Shown here: positions 24,832-37,212 of the stretch, in pieces
How the letters are laid out: each line of letters starts with the position of its first letter
Position numbering within the stretch: position 1 is the first letter of the stretch
Source: Eledone cirrhosa
Lineage: Eukaryota
Assembly: GCA_964016885.1 (NCBI GenBank)
Contig: OZ024745.1
Span: 89,342,001-89,406,000, forward strand
DNA length: 64,000 nt
Direction of reading: 5' to 3'
Translations under genes and position numbers: made by a program
Notes under the pieces: generated by a model
Told to the model about the DNA's origin: nothing
Database searches by the model: none
Seen by the model: the letters and a program-made list of their open reading frames with translations, nothing else

Positions 24832-25183
24832 CATACATAGGTACGTACATACGTACATATTGGTAAACATATATAAAATGATAAAACCAGAAGTACATAT
24901 GTACATATACATATGTACGTACATACATACATATATACTTAGATATATGCACACATACATACGTACGTACATACGTACCTACATATATACATATGTACGT
25001 ATATACATTCATACATATATACACACATACATATATCCCCATAGACACACATACTCACATAAATAAAAACACGCAGTCATGACAGTCCTAGATGAATTAT
25101 GGAAGCACATAGGAGGAATGATTTCCTTCTTATCACCAAAAACCCCAAAAGGGATTAGCTAATGTTAATATCTATATCAACAA

Positions 25184-26156
25184 CTAGCATTAACGCCCGG
25201 CGTTGCTCGGGCTCGGTAAGTTAGCAAAGTTAGGTTGCACCACCCATTTTATGGCAGCACTTTTTTGTCTGCCAGGCACTGGGTGAATGAATTTCAGACT
25301 TGGACTGCCGAAGCAGGAGCTGCACCAGCAGTGACAATTGTAGTTTCGCCTATGGATATTATCTCTGTGCAAAGAAGTGTTGAAATTTATTGTTTCACAG
25401 TACTTGTGCAACACGCGCGTAAACGATGCCTGCCGAACAACAGAGCTGCGATGGAGTTGTTCTGCATGGTTGTCTAATGTGTGTTTTCTAAATTTAAGGC
25501 AGTAGGGAGGACTGTGATATGGGGGAGAGTTAGCTGCTGTTTCTAGCAGGTTTAGTGACCTCATAGAGGATATGTGTCTTCTAAATTTAAGACAGTAGGG
25601 AGGAGGGGTGTGATATGGGGTAGAGTTACCTGCTGTTTCATAGAGGATATTATTGTGTATAGTAAATAAACTGATACTTATTTCTTGCATGTTCGTTAAC
25701 AGATGTTTTTAAAAAGATTTATTGCTATTTTTTTTTTTTGTTGTTGAATAAATTTATCTGTTCCTTTTGAATAATTGTTGTTTGGTATGAAATGTAATAA
25801 GTTCTCTTCGTTGTCATTGAAGTAAATAAATGTTTGACCGTTCCACACTCAAAAACAAACGTTCTCACTCTCTCTCTCTTCTCTCCTTCATTTCTTTCTC
25901 TCTTCTTTCTTCCGAGTTCCTAAAGGAAGTTTGTAAGGAAGGGGTTTAAGCGTATATAAGAGAAAGTTGCAGCATGTATGTAGTTTTATCGATTATTTCC
26001 GTAATTGTCTATGAGTTGGAAGAAAGTAAATAGTTGCTGACCTACGTTTTACCATTTCCAACATTCGTAGGGACATTGAGTCGAATCGGTCTGAAATTGT
26101 ACAAATGTATAAACATGGAACATGCACACACACAACACCAATCTGCCTTTTATAGA
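25184..26156 (-). mobile_element. Non-autonomous Helitron
   Basis: Minus strand: TC start, 3' CCCGAGCAACGCCGGG hairpin then CTAG|T. Confidence 0.85.
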
Positions 26157-26160
26157 TAAT

Positions 26161-27085
26161 TGTTTCTACTTTTGGCACAAGGCCAGCAATTACTCAGTAC
26201 ATTACTGGTACTTTATTTTATCGACCCCGTAAGGATGAAAGGCAAAGTTAACCTCAGCGGGATTTGAACTCAGAATAGAAAGGGCCGTAACTCTATGCGT
26301 CAAACATCACGTCCGACCCTCTACCGATACTGCCAATCCACCGCCCACTGCCTTTTATAGATAATGATACTAATGGTGTAAATTAATGACATATAAGGCC
26401 TCAATTGAAAGTCAAAATGTGATTGCGTATCTGATTTCTTGACATAGAGATATCTGTTATTGAAGGGAAATACAAGTACTACTAGCCTTACAAATATTAA
26501 TAATGATAATAAGGGTTTCTGATTTAGGCACAGGGCCAGCAATTTTGAGGAAGAGGAAAGTCGATTTAATTTACCCTACCGCGTGAATGGTACTTTAATT
26601 TATCGAACGCGTAAGGATGAAAGGCAAAGTTAACCTCGGCAGGATTTGAACTCAGCTTGTAAAGGGCCGTAACCCTACGCCATAAAGCATGGTTTGAACT
26701 CAGAATGTAAAGGGCCATAACTGTACGCTACAAAGCATATTGTTCAACACTCTACAGATACTGCCAATCAGCGCCCTTATAATAATAATTGTCTCTACTT
26801 TTGGCATAGGGCCAACAATAACACCAGTACATTACTGGTACTTTATTTTATCGACCTCGTAAGGATGAAAGGCAAAGTTAACCTCGGCGGGATTTGAACT
26901 CAGACCGTAAAGGGCCATAACTCTGTGCTGCAAAGCATGGCGTCCGACCCTCCACGTATACTGTCAATCTACTGCCTAATTTAGGCACAATGCCAGCTGC
27001 TTTTGCCTGGTTCTATATTTTATCGTCTACAGAAGAAAGGATAAAGAAAAGGCAATGATGACATAAGCGGAATTTGAAAGCAAAA
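26161..27085 (-). mobile_element. Cluster of 4 tRNA-derived SINE copies (26161-26347, 26513-26776, 26787-26977, degenerate 26980-27085)
   Basis: Same SINE motifs as at 15109. The first copy is flanked by the 18-bp TSD CTGCCTTTTATAGATAAT. Confidence 0.9.
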
Positions 27086-27229
27086 TCTATACAAACGAAA
27101 CAAATAAGACGCCGCATTATTTCTGGTGCTGTATTGCCACAATGTGAGCTGAAAGGAAAGAGTGCACTATATCAACCACATTACTATTGTTTTCACTTGG
27201 TATGGAGGAAGAAGCAGTACACATGACAT

Positions 27230-27480
27230 TTGTAGGCACTCCATGATGTTAATGTTCCGCTTAATTTTTTGCAAATCGATGCTTTTAGGAATGACCTGAA
27301 GAGTTAGGGTGTTTCAAAGGGCCGTCACTCTGGGTAGGAAGTGTTTATGTAATGGTTAATGTAGTTTATGGGTAGGAAGTGTAAAGGTTAATGCAAATTG
27401 GGACACTGGATATAATATGGGTGGTGAGAGAACGAGAAGATAGTAAAGATGGTGTGCTTGTGTTGAGGTTAAACTAGACT
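27230..27480 (-). mobile_element. L2/CR1-like LINE 3' remnant
   Basis: Minus strand 'HFLPRVTAL*NTL..VIPKSIDLQKIKRNIN' resembles the SFFPR...WN.LP C-terminus of CR1/L2 ORF2. Confidence 0.55.
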
Positions 27481-28383
27481 AGCCAGCCCCGATGAGCAGA
27501 GGTCATTGGTATAGGGGTATTAAGGTGGAAAATAAGGAGGCTACAAGACTTAAGATGAGAGGTTGTGAAAGTCTTCATAACATTAAATAATGTGTCTTTT
27601 ATTCTTGAGTGGTACTTTAATTCCCTACCTCGAAATGGTGAAAAGCAAAGCGCGGTTCTGCGGAACTTGAACACAGAACGTAAAGATACGAAACTAGAAA
27701 TTGCAGAATTTTTTTTTGTTCATTCAAATCCAGGCCTATACAACATCAGTTTAGGGGGTTTATAATAACATGAATATTTAGAATCATTACCATTTGTGAT
27801 AAGGTTTAATGTGAAATATCTCTAAACGTTTTAAGAATAGTGCCTAGAGCCAACACGAAGAGTAATTGTATGAATCTCTAAAACTTCCTCAATTTCTCGT
27901 TATGCGAAAACTTGTAAGATTTTGAAGCACTGTTTTGTCTTAAATACGATAATAATAATAATACAATTATTACGTAAAATAGTATAACACGTAATGATTA
28001 ATTGCTTATATAACATAATTAGTTTCTCATTAACTTGAAATATTGATCATATATGGCTTTGTGAAATATGTACCTATATTTTCATACACAGAATTAATTA
28101 TCTTAATGTATGGGGTCAAACTGAATCAATTGTTGGATAATTGTTGCCGTTTGTAAATCTATGTTCGGTTACACCTAAGCAGCATAACACTCAGTGATGT
28201 ATCACCTAACGTCAATTTTACCAGAATGTAGTAAATAGAATGCATTCGATATGAAATACAATATGCCAGGCACTAAATGTGCATTCTAGCTGTCGTCACC
28301 TGACTCTTTAGCAAAACGAACTTTATTTACTGGTATATCATGTGATAAAAATTATCCAAATCTTATTGTGCTGAACTGCGAGT

Positions 28384-28640
28384 TATCATCATCATCATCA
28401 TCCGGTGGCCTCAGCCGAAATGGACTCAACAATTAATCTCCACATGGGTCTGTCGTTCATTGCCGTTGCCAAGTCCTGGATTTCAATACCAGAATCTCTG
28501 GACATGACATCGGGATATGACAGCTTGCGCCCCATGTTATTAGTGATTGCTTGTGGTTTCTAAAGCACTAGTGGGGACACATCATCATAGGTGGCACGAT
28601 GGTATTGGTCAGCAAATCTTACTCTCCTTTTACGTTGGGA
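28384..28640 (-). mobile_element. RTE-group LINE 3' end with (GAT)n tail
   Basis: Minus strand RRVRFA..YHRA..SPLVL*KP...GRKLSYPDVMSRDSG..DLATAMNDRPMWR..V, then (GAT)5. Confidence 0.8.
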
Positions 28641-28667
28641 GTTTTGTTTTTATTATTGAAGTTAAGT

Positions 28668-29070
28668 AGGTCGGTGGATTGGCAGTATCGGTAGAGATTC
28701 GGACAACACGCTTTGCAGCATAGAATTACGGTCCTTTACGTTCTTAGTTCAAATCCCGCCGAGGTTAACTTTGCCTTACATCCTTACGGAGTCGATAAAA
28801 TAAAGTACCAGCAATGCACTGAAATCGATTTAATCGACCTTCCCCACCCCTAAAATTGTTGGCCTTGTACCTAAATCAGAAACCATTATTGACGTTAAGT
28901 CGGGCGGTGGATTGGCAGTATCGGTAGAGAGCCAGACACAATGCTTTGCAGCATAGAGTTATGGCCCTTTACGGTCTTAGTTTAAATCCCGCCAAGGTTA
29001 ACTTTGTCTTTCATCCTTACGAGGTCGATAAAATAAAGCGCCAGTAACGTACTGGCATTCGGTTTGATCT
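28668..29070 (+). mobile_element. Two tandem tRNA-derived SINEs (28668-28885, 28901-29070)
   Basis: GGCGGTGGATTGGCAGTATCGG head. TSD-like ATTATTGA(A/C)GTTAAGT flanks the first copy. Confidence 0.92.
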
Positions 29071-29104
29071 GATTCTTCATTAGTGGCTTTAATTAAAGTC
29101 ATGC

Positions 29105-29677
29105 GTTAATTCATCAGCGCGAGACGGTCAGTATATCTATTCTATATTTTCCGTTTGCTTCAGGTTAAATTTGTAAAACCAATGTGGTATTTCAACCCTC
29201 GTAATTTTAGACACACAATTCACTGTGTTTATTTCTACATATATTATTATATAATGCTCAGTATTTATACTTTGCGCTTGTTAATTACACGGTATTAATA
29301 TGAGTTAGTAACTCTGAATTTTATTTGTATTTCGGCTCCCTAACTAGGTGAGCTTATAAGTTGGGTGTATTAAGGCTATTGTTTTTATCATATCCACTAT
29401 CACCACTTTTGACGTCCAGCGCACGAGGTGAAATATTCACTCGTGTGGCTTTTAATTGTATGTGTTTGTCGCATTTGATCTAATCTCACGCTGATGAATG
29501 CCTACGGATTATCTGTTACAAACACAATTTTTAGGGCGAAACAGATTGAATCTCTAATCTGTCCGTGAGATGAAATAGTTATTGAGAAGGTTAGTATATT
29601 TATTCTATATTTTCCGTTTGCTTCAGGTTAAATGTGTCAAACCAATGTGGTATTTCAACCCTCGTAATTTTAGACAC
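29105..29677 (+). mobile_element. Candidate non-autonomous hammerhead retroelement (retrozyme or solo pLTR), 463-bp unit
   Basis: 85-bp direct repeats at 29130-29214 and 29593-29677, canonical HHR inside, no ORF. Confidence 0.7.
29483..29571 (+). ncRNA. Canonical type-I hammerhead ribozyme with stable stem III
   Basis: Stem I ATCTCACG/CGTGAGAT (8 bp). CTGATGA at 29491-29497. Stem II GCCTA/TAG(G)GC. GAAA at 29538-29541. Stem III ACAGATT/AATCTGT (7 bp). GUC triplet at 29561-29563. Confidence 0.9.
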
Positions 29678-29886
29678 GCAGAGGGAGGAGAAAGAAGCTT
29701 GAAGTGACAAAGAAATGGAGAATGGACAAAATTCGATAGACAGGGTGTGGGTGTCTGGGAATGAAAGAAGTAACATTTTAATAAGGAAAACAGGAAAAGA
29801 GAGGACACTAAGCGAGAAAGCAAAGAAACGATAATAATATACAAGGTATAAGGAAAGATAAATATAGGGAAAGTGATCCATGATCA

Positions 29887-30069
29887 TCATTGGTAGCTCA
29901 GTCTCGGAAAACCATGCTTAATGCCCCTGGAGTTATGCCTAGTCACTGGCATCGTCCGTTGTGACTGTACAGACCGATGTGTGTAACAGTCTTTGTTACA
30001 TTTGGTGTAGTTACATGTGGAATCCTGGGTTGTTGGTATAGGCAAAGTGGTAATGAGTGAGGAATCGCA
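29887..30069 (-). other. Possible exon of an unidentified host gene
   Basis: Long polypyrimidine tract ending TTCTCCTTCAG at 30070, followed by non-repetitive sequence. Frame 0 is open for 60 codons; another frame reads RFLTHYHFAYTNNPGFHM*. No homology recognised. Confidence 0.25.
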
Positions 30070-30171
30070 CTGAAGGAGAAATGATAAAGGGAATGAAGTA
30101 AAGAGAAATAGATATGGACAAAGATTGAAGTTCCTATCTATAAAAATCTGTAAGGTTCAGGGTCAATAATA

Positions 30172-30375
30172 ATTATAGGCACAAGGCCAACAATTTGGAG
30201 GAAGAGGAAACTTGTTTAAATCGGACCCAGTGCACTACTGGTACTTTAATTTATCGACCCCGTAAGGATGAAAGATACAGCTAACCACGGCAGGATTTGA
30301 ACTCAGATCGTAAAGGGCCGTAACTCTATGCAATATGACGTTGTCCGACGCTCCACCGATACTGCCAATCCACCC
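30172..30375 (-). mobile_element. tRNA-derived SINE
   Basis: Family motifs present. Confidence 0.9.
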
Positions 30376-31863
30376 TCGATGACATGCTTACTAAATTCTC
30401 GAGAATTATTGTATTTTTGGTATCATAGGGGAGAGATGTTTTTTAGTGAAAAATGCGATCCAGAATTTGAACAAAATGTTATTTCATATTAACTTAAGTA
30501 GTGAAAAAGTGTTGTTATATCACCGGCTTCGTTAACTTGAAAAGGCATATATTGTAAAACAATTCTACTCTATTAGATGAAGGTTTTTATTTACTTTATG
30601 TTGGGGCATTTTTTTTATACTTATCGAATATATTGAATCATTTTTTATGATATAGATGTTTGTTTGTTTTTTTAAGAGAAAGAAACCCACATGGAATGAA
30701 TATTCTAGAGCCAAACGAAGTCGCTTTTCGGTTGAATTTTATTTCCTTTCATCATCAGATAAAATGATGAAAACAAATTAGGTAAATTTTAATTTCTTAA
30801 ACGCAAGCTAGGTTCAACAACCATTACAACCAGCCACCACTACGTCCATCTAAAACTATCTTTTAAGCTCGTCTGTATTTAATTCTTTCAGCATTCAAGA
30901 ATGTTTGTAGATTGATGTTGATTAAATTGGTAAAAGAATATTTATTTTCTAATTTACATTTTTTTGATAGTTGTTTTCTTGTTTTATTGATTTAGTTCAT
31001 ACTTATTTGACTTCAATTTTTTTTATAACAGGAGGTCAATCAAGACATGTGAATAACCTTGACCAATTTAATCTACGATAAACCTAACGAACTCTCATTT
31101 TAAAAGAAACCGGGGTATAATATTCTTTCTAGATTTTTCTCTTTACAATACAACATATGTTTTCATAAACTCATGGCCAGATTGAATGGTGGCAGGCAAA
31201 AGAGGCAACTGGTCCGGGTTCGCTGCGGGATGCGGGGGGGGGGGGACTCACCAGCGATAACTTTGTGCTCTCAGCTGAGCTTTTTAGTTTTAGGTTGGTT
31301 AGATTTTTTGAATTTCATACCTGTAAGTATAACTTTTCAATTCCAATTACTTGGGCCAAGCTAGATTTGATATATAAAATTGAGGGTGGTGGTGTTGTGT
31401 ATTCTAATTATTTTGTGTATAAGCAGCTCCGAAGTACCTAAATCCAACCTCGCATAGACTCTAGTTGGAGCATATACCAAAACAGAATTAATTGTGCAGC
31501 GTTTTTTCAGTCCTAGCTGGGTAGTAAATAACGTCACCAATTTCTATGACAAATAATTGACATTCAGTATTTATTGATTTCTTGTTAGAATTCATATTTT
31601 TATAATATTTACTCCACGTACACTCACGTCCACTCGATGATTTTCAGACAAGTAGATGAAGATTTCTGAATTACCATGTATTTTAGATATTGAAATAAAA
31701 ATATTAAATGAAAGATATATTTATTTAGATTGCTTTAGGATAGTGAGATTGAATTATAATTTCCATAGTTCTAAATCCTGGTATATGAATATATAGACAT
31801 AACCGTATCTAACGTTTATAATGAAATCATTACAGCAATACAACAGGAGAAAACATAATAATA

Positions 31864-31903
31864 TCACTGATGATGTCACAGGTGTGAGACGAAAGAACTC
31901 TGA
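31864..31903 (+). ncRNA. Minimal type-I hammerhead ribozyme (solo pLTR)
   Basis: TCA-CTGATGA-TGTC..GAC-GAAA-GAAC-TC-TGA. Same GAAAGAACT core as 58808-58850. Confidence 0.62.
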
Positions 31904-33244
31904 GAGACTATATTCATATATATATTTTTAACCGTTGGTCAGTCAATGATAAACATTGATTGCCAGCTGAATTAATTATAGAAATATAAAATATTCTGAC
32001 GCGAAAACCAACCCAAATCAAACAGTGATTATGTTTTATTATAACAATATGACCCACATATCACAAAGAAAATTCCTATTGTTTTAAATCTTTGTTACAT
32101 ATTTTAAAACTTCATTCTCCTTTTTCTGCGGACCATTCGTATCATGGCCTGTAATCATGGCCTTCTTAGAAATAAAATAAAATAGTTCTCTTATAATCTA
32201 CAGTAAAATATGCAAATAGAAATGAAACGGGTTTACTAAAAATGAAGATTATTATACCTTTTAAATTTGTTGATATGCGAAACAAATAGATGTAGATATC
32301 GTTTTCCTTTCATTGAAATAATGCAAATATATACATTGGGCTTGTTGGAAAATAAATACAGTTTCCTCGTATTGATTTTGATAATTTATAGTTGTTCCAC
32401 ATACATTCCCTATGATTAAAGGCTGGTCTCTGGATCCAGATAGATTTTTAACCGATACTCTTTTTATCGGTAACAGCTGAGTATGTTAATCTCTTTAAGC
32501 CTATCAATTTGATATCAGCTATGTCTGTTGAAGCCTAGAGAATTCCATTAGCAGACAACTCAGTTGAAACTCCTATTACTAGCGTCTTGTGTTTCTCTAC
32601 CAGGAATCTCTTTGACCAATCCCATTAAAAGTTTGATAGATGATGCAGAAGTGAACAATTATATAACTAATTTAATATTCAGTCGAGTAATCCTCTAAAC
32701 AAGCAAACAGCCGACATGTTAGGGAGCGTAACATCAAGAGAAATGACTTTCAGTAAGGTGTTTAGTGACTGATAAAGTAGAATACTTAGAATCGGTAAGG
32801 TTTAGAGTGTAATACATTAAACAAATCATGATTTTTTTCATAGGAACCAGCGAAATTTTATTGCTATTTCCATCATCTTCACAATCTGTTAGACACGCAT
32901 TGACTAACAACAGAATGTTTTAAGTCTGCGTGTCTGACATATTGTATTTGAAATGACATGTGTAGCTTGTGAATAAAAATGTCAAGGGGTATCGCTGGCC
33001 GTGGTGATGCCTCCCAAACATCTTTTGTAATGTATCGTCTTATTGGCTAATTTAATCGTCTTATTGGATAATCAACCAACGAGAGTAATTGTTGCTCAAA
33101 AGCATCCGCCACTTTGTTTCCACGTTTATTTATCGTTTCGCTTTCGAATCTTCCTCCAGTATTTTGTCGTTTTATCATCAAAATATATATTTCTCGTTTT
33201 GGTAAGTTATATTGTTAATTTATATATGATTTTTTAAATTTATA

Positions 33245-33500
33245 TTAACTATTAAAAGTCTGAAATTATTTTTACACATCTTACGATAATATTCATACGA
33301 TAAGATCATTTATAAAATAACAATTATATAATCTAATTACAACGATAATTTATTCAACCGTTGCCTTAAAAAAATATTAAACTAGACCTGAAAAATACGC
33401 AAGCTCAAAAGAGCCACCTTCAAAAGTGTGGGACAAGAGTTGTTGCTCAAAAATAGTGTAATCATTATCTATCGTACACTCTGTGGCACCCTTTTATAAA
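33245..33500 (+). repeat. AT-rich interspersed repeat (copies at 46701-46912 + and 47444-47820 -)
   Basis: Shared CTAGAC.TGAAAAAT.CGCAAGCTCAAAAG.GCCAC..CCTTCAAAAGTGTGGGAC.AGAGTTGTTGCT. Confidence 0.85.
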
Positions 33501-33639
33501 AAAGAGACTCATAACGAACTCAAGACGACACGATAATTATTTAAGTGAATTTATAATATAGAATTCGGTGTAACTGCATTTCGTATTAATCATTACTAAA
33601 CATCTAATATGAGGTATTGAAAATTAGCTTAAATCATTA

Positions 33640-34133
33640 AGACAAAATACGAAACCTGACAAAGGGCGGAAGAGATCATAAGGGTCAACGTCCATCCAAA
33701 AGTGTGTAAATATGTATATACACATGTATATGTGTATGTATATGTATATGTGTATATACATGGGTGCATGTGTATGTATATGCGCGGGGACATAGAAATA
33801 GTCGGGCTGGACACCCGATCGCGCGGTTAAACCACAGGGTGTGAAGGACCCCAGCCTTTCTCAGGGCATTCTTCTAGGAGAAGGCAACTCAGGAAACTGG
33901 GATAACTCCGATATAAAACCTGCGGCTCAGTAGTTACCGATGATGTTGATCTCTTCTTCTTTTCGGGTTATAGCTACTGTTGCTCAGAGAGTGGGATTGG
34001 CTCAGTGCACAGTGTTTCCTCACTTTAAAAAATATCTTCATACTCAGGCATTGCACGATAGAATTAATTAATAATTATTAATAACGGTATATCGTGCAAT
34101 GGCCATACTCGATATCGAGGGGGCAGCCATCAT
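33640..34133 (+). mobile_element. Non-autonomous element resembling an RTE 5' UTR, in (TA)n (copies at 59215-59828 and 61735-62245)
   Basis: Shared AAACCTG(A/T)CAAA, GGAGAAGG.AACTC, GATGTTGA..TTCTT, GAGAGTGGGA.TGGCT, and 3' GGCC.TACTCGA..CGAG..GCAGCCA.CATAT. Confidence 0.65.
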
Positions 34134-35083
34134 ATATGTATGTACGTGTGTGTATTCATATGTGCGCGTGTGTATAAATGAAATTTAGAATACCAATGCA
34201 AATTATTTTGAAATTTGTTAACGACCGACCATATTTAGGTCAAACAAAACTATTTCAAGATGTAAAGTAAATAAAAGCAATTTGAACAGCAATCTTCTGC
34301 CTGAAAGTTCACTGCTGTGCTAAAATTGAAACGTGCCGATCGGAACCAGACATTGAAACTCCAGGTTGCCAAATATCGATAAGATATGTGTCTTATCACG
34401 CTAGCCAATTGCGTAGATTGTGAGATCAAGAGTTTCAATCGGCAATTATATTACACATTCAATTGCAGTAACACGATACCACCTACAAATATATCGACAA
34501 AACAAATTTGAGGCAGACCAACACATTTCATACACACGCATAATTTCAAACACTGCTAATGCGCACAAAAAATGTCTTAAACAATTCGCCATTAATATTG
34601 GACAGCGTATTACCTATGATAGAATGTCATAGCATGTCTAACAAAACAATGTTTCTAGTCATTTCTCATTGTCTTTCAATTGGAAATACACTAGTCATCA
34701 AAGTTTCGATACCCGTTCTTTCTCCTTTTCTTTCTCGTTATTTCTGGTGGCTTTGATGTGTAAGCATTGCAATTTCGACTGACAAATGGATGACTGTGAG
34801 AGTTGAAATCATTGCCTATATATGAAATATAAGTAGCAAAGTATATATTTTAAGTACCCTCTAAAGATTCTACTCATTTCTGTCTGCTCAGAGAAGATAT
34901 AAATGCCACAAGAAACAATGTCGGAGAAATGACACCTTTATATCACACTAGTATGTATGTAGAATTACGTACCACTATTTCTGACCATTAAAAAACCCCT
35001 CAGTTTTATATATTCCTCTAAGTGAAAAAGAAAGAAAGTAACAAACAAACAAACAACAGCATGTGATATGTAGTTTATTAGAG

Positions 35084-35162
<79 letters not shown>

Positions 35163-35619
35163 GTGCACGATATCTAGTGTATATGATATGTTAAAGAGAC
35201 AAAGAGAGCAGAATTGGAAAGGACTATAGATGCCATAAATGAGAGGAAATGACGGGGAAGAACAAGGACTACTAGACAAAGGAAGAAATAAATGAGGATG
35301 GGGAGAGAGTGGCGGACTCTACACCTAGGTCCGAGCGGTGCTTCGGCTGCACCACTCGGACAGACAAAATGGCATAGGCATTTCCATGGACAATTGCCAA
35401 CTACACACGGTGCAACAGCCACCCCCGCATCGCGGGTCTCTTTCCTCAGGCAGGCTGCTATGGATCCGAATTTACGGAGGAGGTCACCTCTCCAGGGTCT
35501 GAGGACTCAAAGAGGGAAGTAGCCGGACAAGCTCCGGTATTTCCTTTAAAAAAAATAAAACGAAATATATAGATATGATCTTAGAAATTATATATGGTTT
35601 ATTATAAAACACATAATAG

Positions 35620-35700
35620 AAAGTAGTGTGTATTAGATTCCCGGACCGGGCGATGCATTATGTCCTTGAGCAAGACACTTTATTTCACGTTGCTCCTTCT
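35620..35700 (+). mobile_element. Fragment of a second SINE family (V/CORE-like)
   Basis: TGTCCTTGAGCAAGACACTT motif after a B-box-like GATTCCC. Confidence 0.6.
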
Positions 35701-35833
35701 ACCTGGAGTTGCGATCGATAGATAGTATTAGCAATTGGAAAGACCAATGGAAACATTGTTTCCTCGGTCCGATTTGACGAAAGTCGATCGTTCATTTTTA
35801 TGTATTACTCGTATGGAGAATACATGTTCATAA

Positions 35834-36626
35834 TTGTTTCTACATTTGGCACAAGGCCAGCAATTATCCCAGTGTATTACTGGTGCTTTATTTTATCAAC
35901 CCCGTAAGGATGAAAGGCATAGTCAACCTCGGCGGGATTTGAACTCAGACCATAAAGGGACGTAACTCTTTGCTGCAAAGCATGGCATCCGACCCTCTAC
36001 CGATACTGCCAATCCACCGGTTCATAATATTTGTAAACAATATAGAGCCCAGTCATCCTCCCCCTTCTTCTGTGACACTAGAGTCCTTTCCATTCCCTCC
36101 CCTTTCCGTTTTGTTTCTCGTTTTTTTTTTATATTTTCCTATTTTACATTCCATTCTTCTAAATCTAAATTTTATTTTATTTTTCTATTTCTATTAAACT
36201 GTATTTACATGATATATTTCATACATATGCAATAATGTCGGTAATATTAAAGCTTTCGGACACACGGTAAAATATAATACAAAACTATTATTAATTTAAA
36301 ATCAATATATAATTTTCTAATATATCTAATTATATCCTTTTAGATCATTTTAAATATTTCTTTTTCAGTCGATATCGAACAGAAATTTTCACCATCATAT
36401 ATTATATATTACGGTGGATTGGCAGTATATGTAGAGCGTCGAATATCATGCTTTGCAGAATAGAATTACGGCTCTTAACGATCTGAGTTCAAATCCCGCA
36501 GATGTTAGCTGTTAGCTTTGCCTTTCATCCTGACGGGGTCGATAAATTAAAGTACCAGTAACACACTGAGGCCGATTTAATTGATTTTCCGCTTCACCCA
36601 AAATTGTTGCCCTTATGCTTAAATCT
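35834..36626. mobile_element. Two tRNA-derived SINEs in opposite orientation (35834-36019 -, 36411-36626 +)
   Basis: Family motifs present. The first copy has TSD GTTCATAAT. Confidence 0.9.
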
Positions 36627-36681
36627 GAGCATGAATCGTTATTGGCATATTGCGGGTTGAATATTTACCTTTTTCACACAT

Positions 36682-36792
<111 letters not shown>

Positions 36793-37212
36793 GTTCTGTG
36801 TGTGTGTGTGTATAGGTCACAATTTTGATCCCTCTTAAATTCTGAAGATATGGTCAATATTGGGCACCTTGAAAACTTAGCTGGCGCTATTGTTCCGTGT
36901 ATGCACGTAAATAAATAATAATAAATAATATAATACAATATAATATAAGGGGGCACCGTAGGTCATAAAGCAAATTTATGAAAATTAATCTATGCCGTTG
37001 TAAGACAGACTTATATTTATTCAAACTTGTGTTTTCACGAATCTTTCCTCAGATTTTCTGTTACTGATTCTACATACATTAGATAGCAGTGCCTATATCT
37101 GTGTTTACATATGGTAAAAAGGGAAGGGAGTAGAAACATCAATCTATACCTTATATATAGCAATTATTTAAACACACACACATATACACATGAACACACA
37201 TATATATATATA

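Noticed and set aside
28668-28760. tRNA gene (A and B boxes)
   Set aside because: This is the head of a SINE present about 20 times; there is no complete cloverleaf.
30715-30763. Minus-strand CTGATGA...GAAA hammerhead-like motif
   Set aside because: Stems II and III are plausible but stem I cannot form.
31172-31452. hAT-like MITE (CATGGCCAGATT..AATCCAACCTCG)
   Set aside because: TIRs too degenerate and no TSD seen.
32391-32470. Possible + strand exon (VPHTFPMIKGWSLDPDRFLTDTLFI)
   Set aside because: Short, weak splice sites and no recognisable homology.
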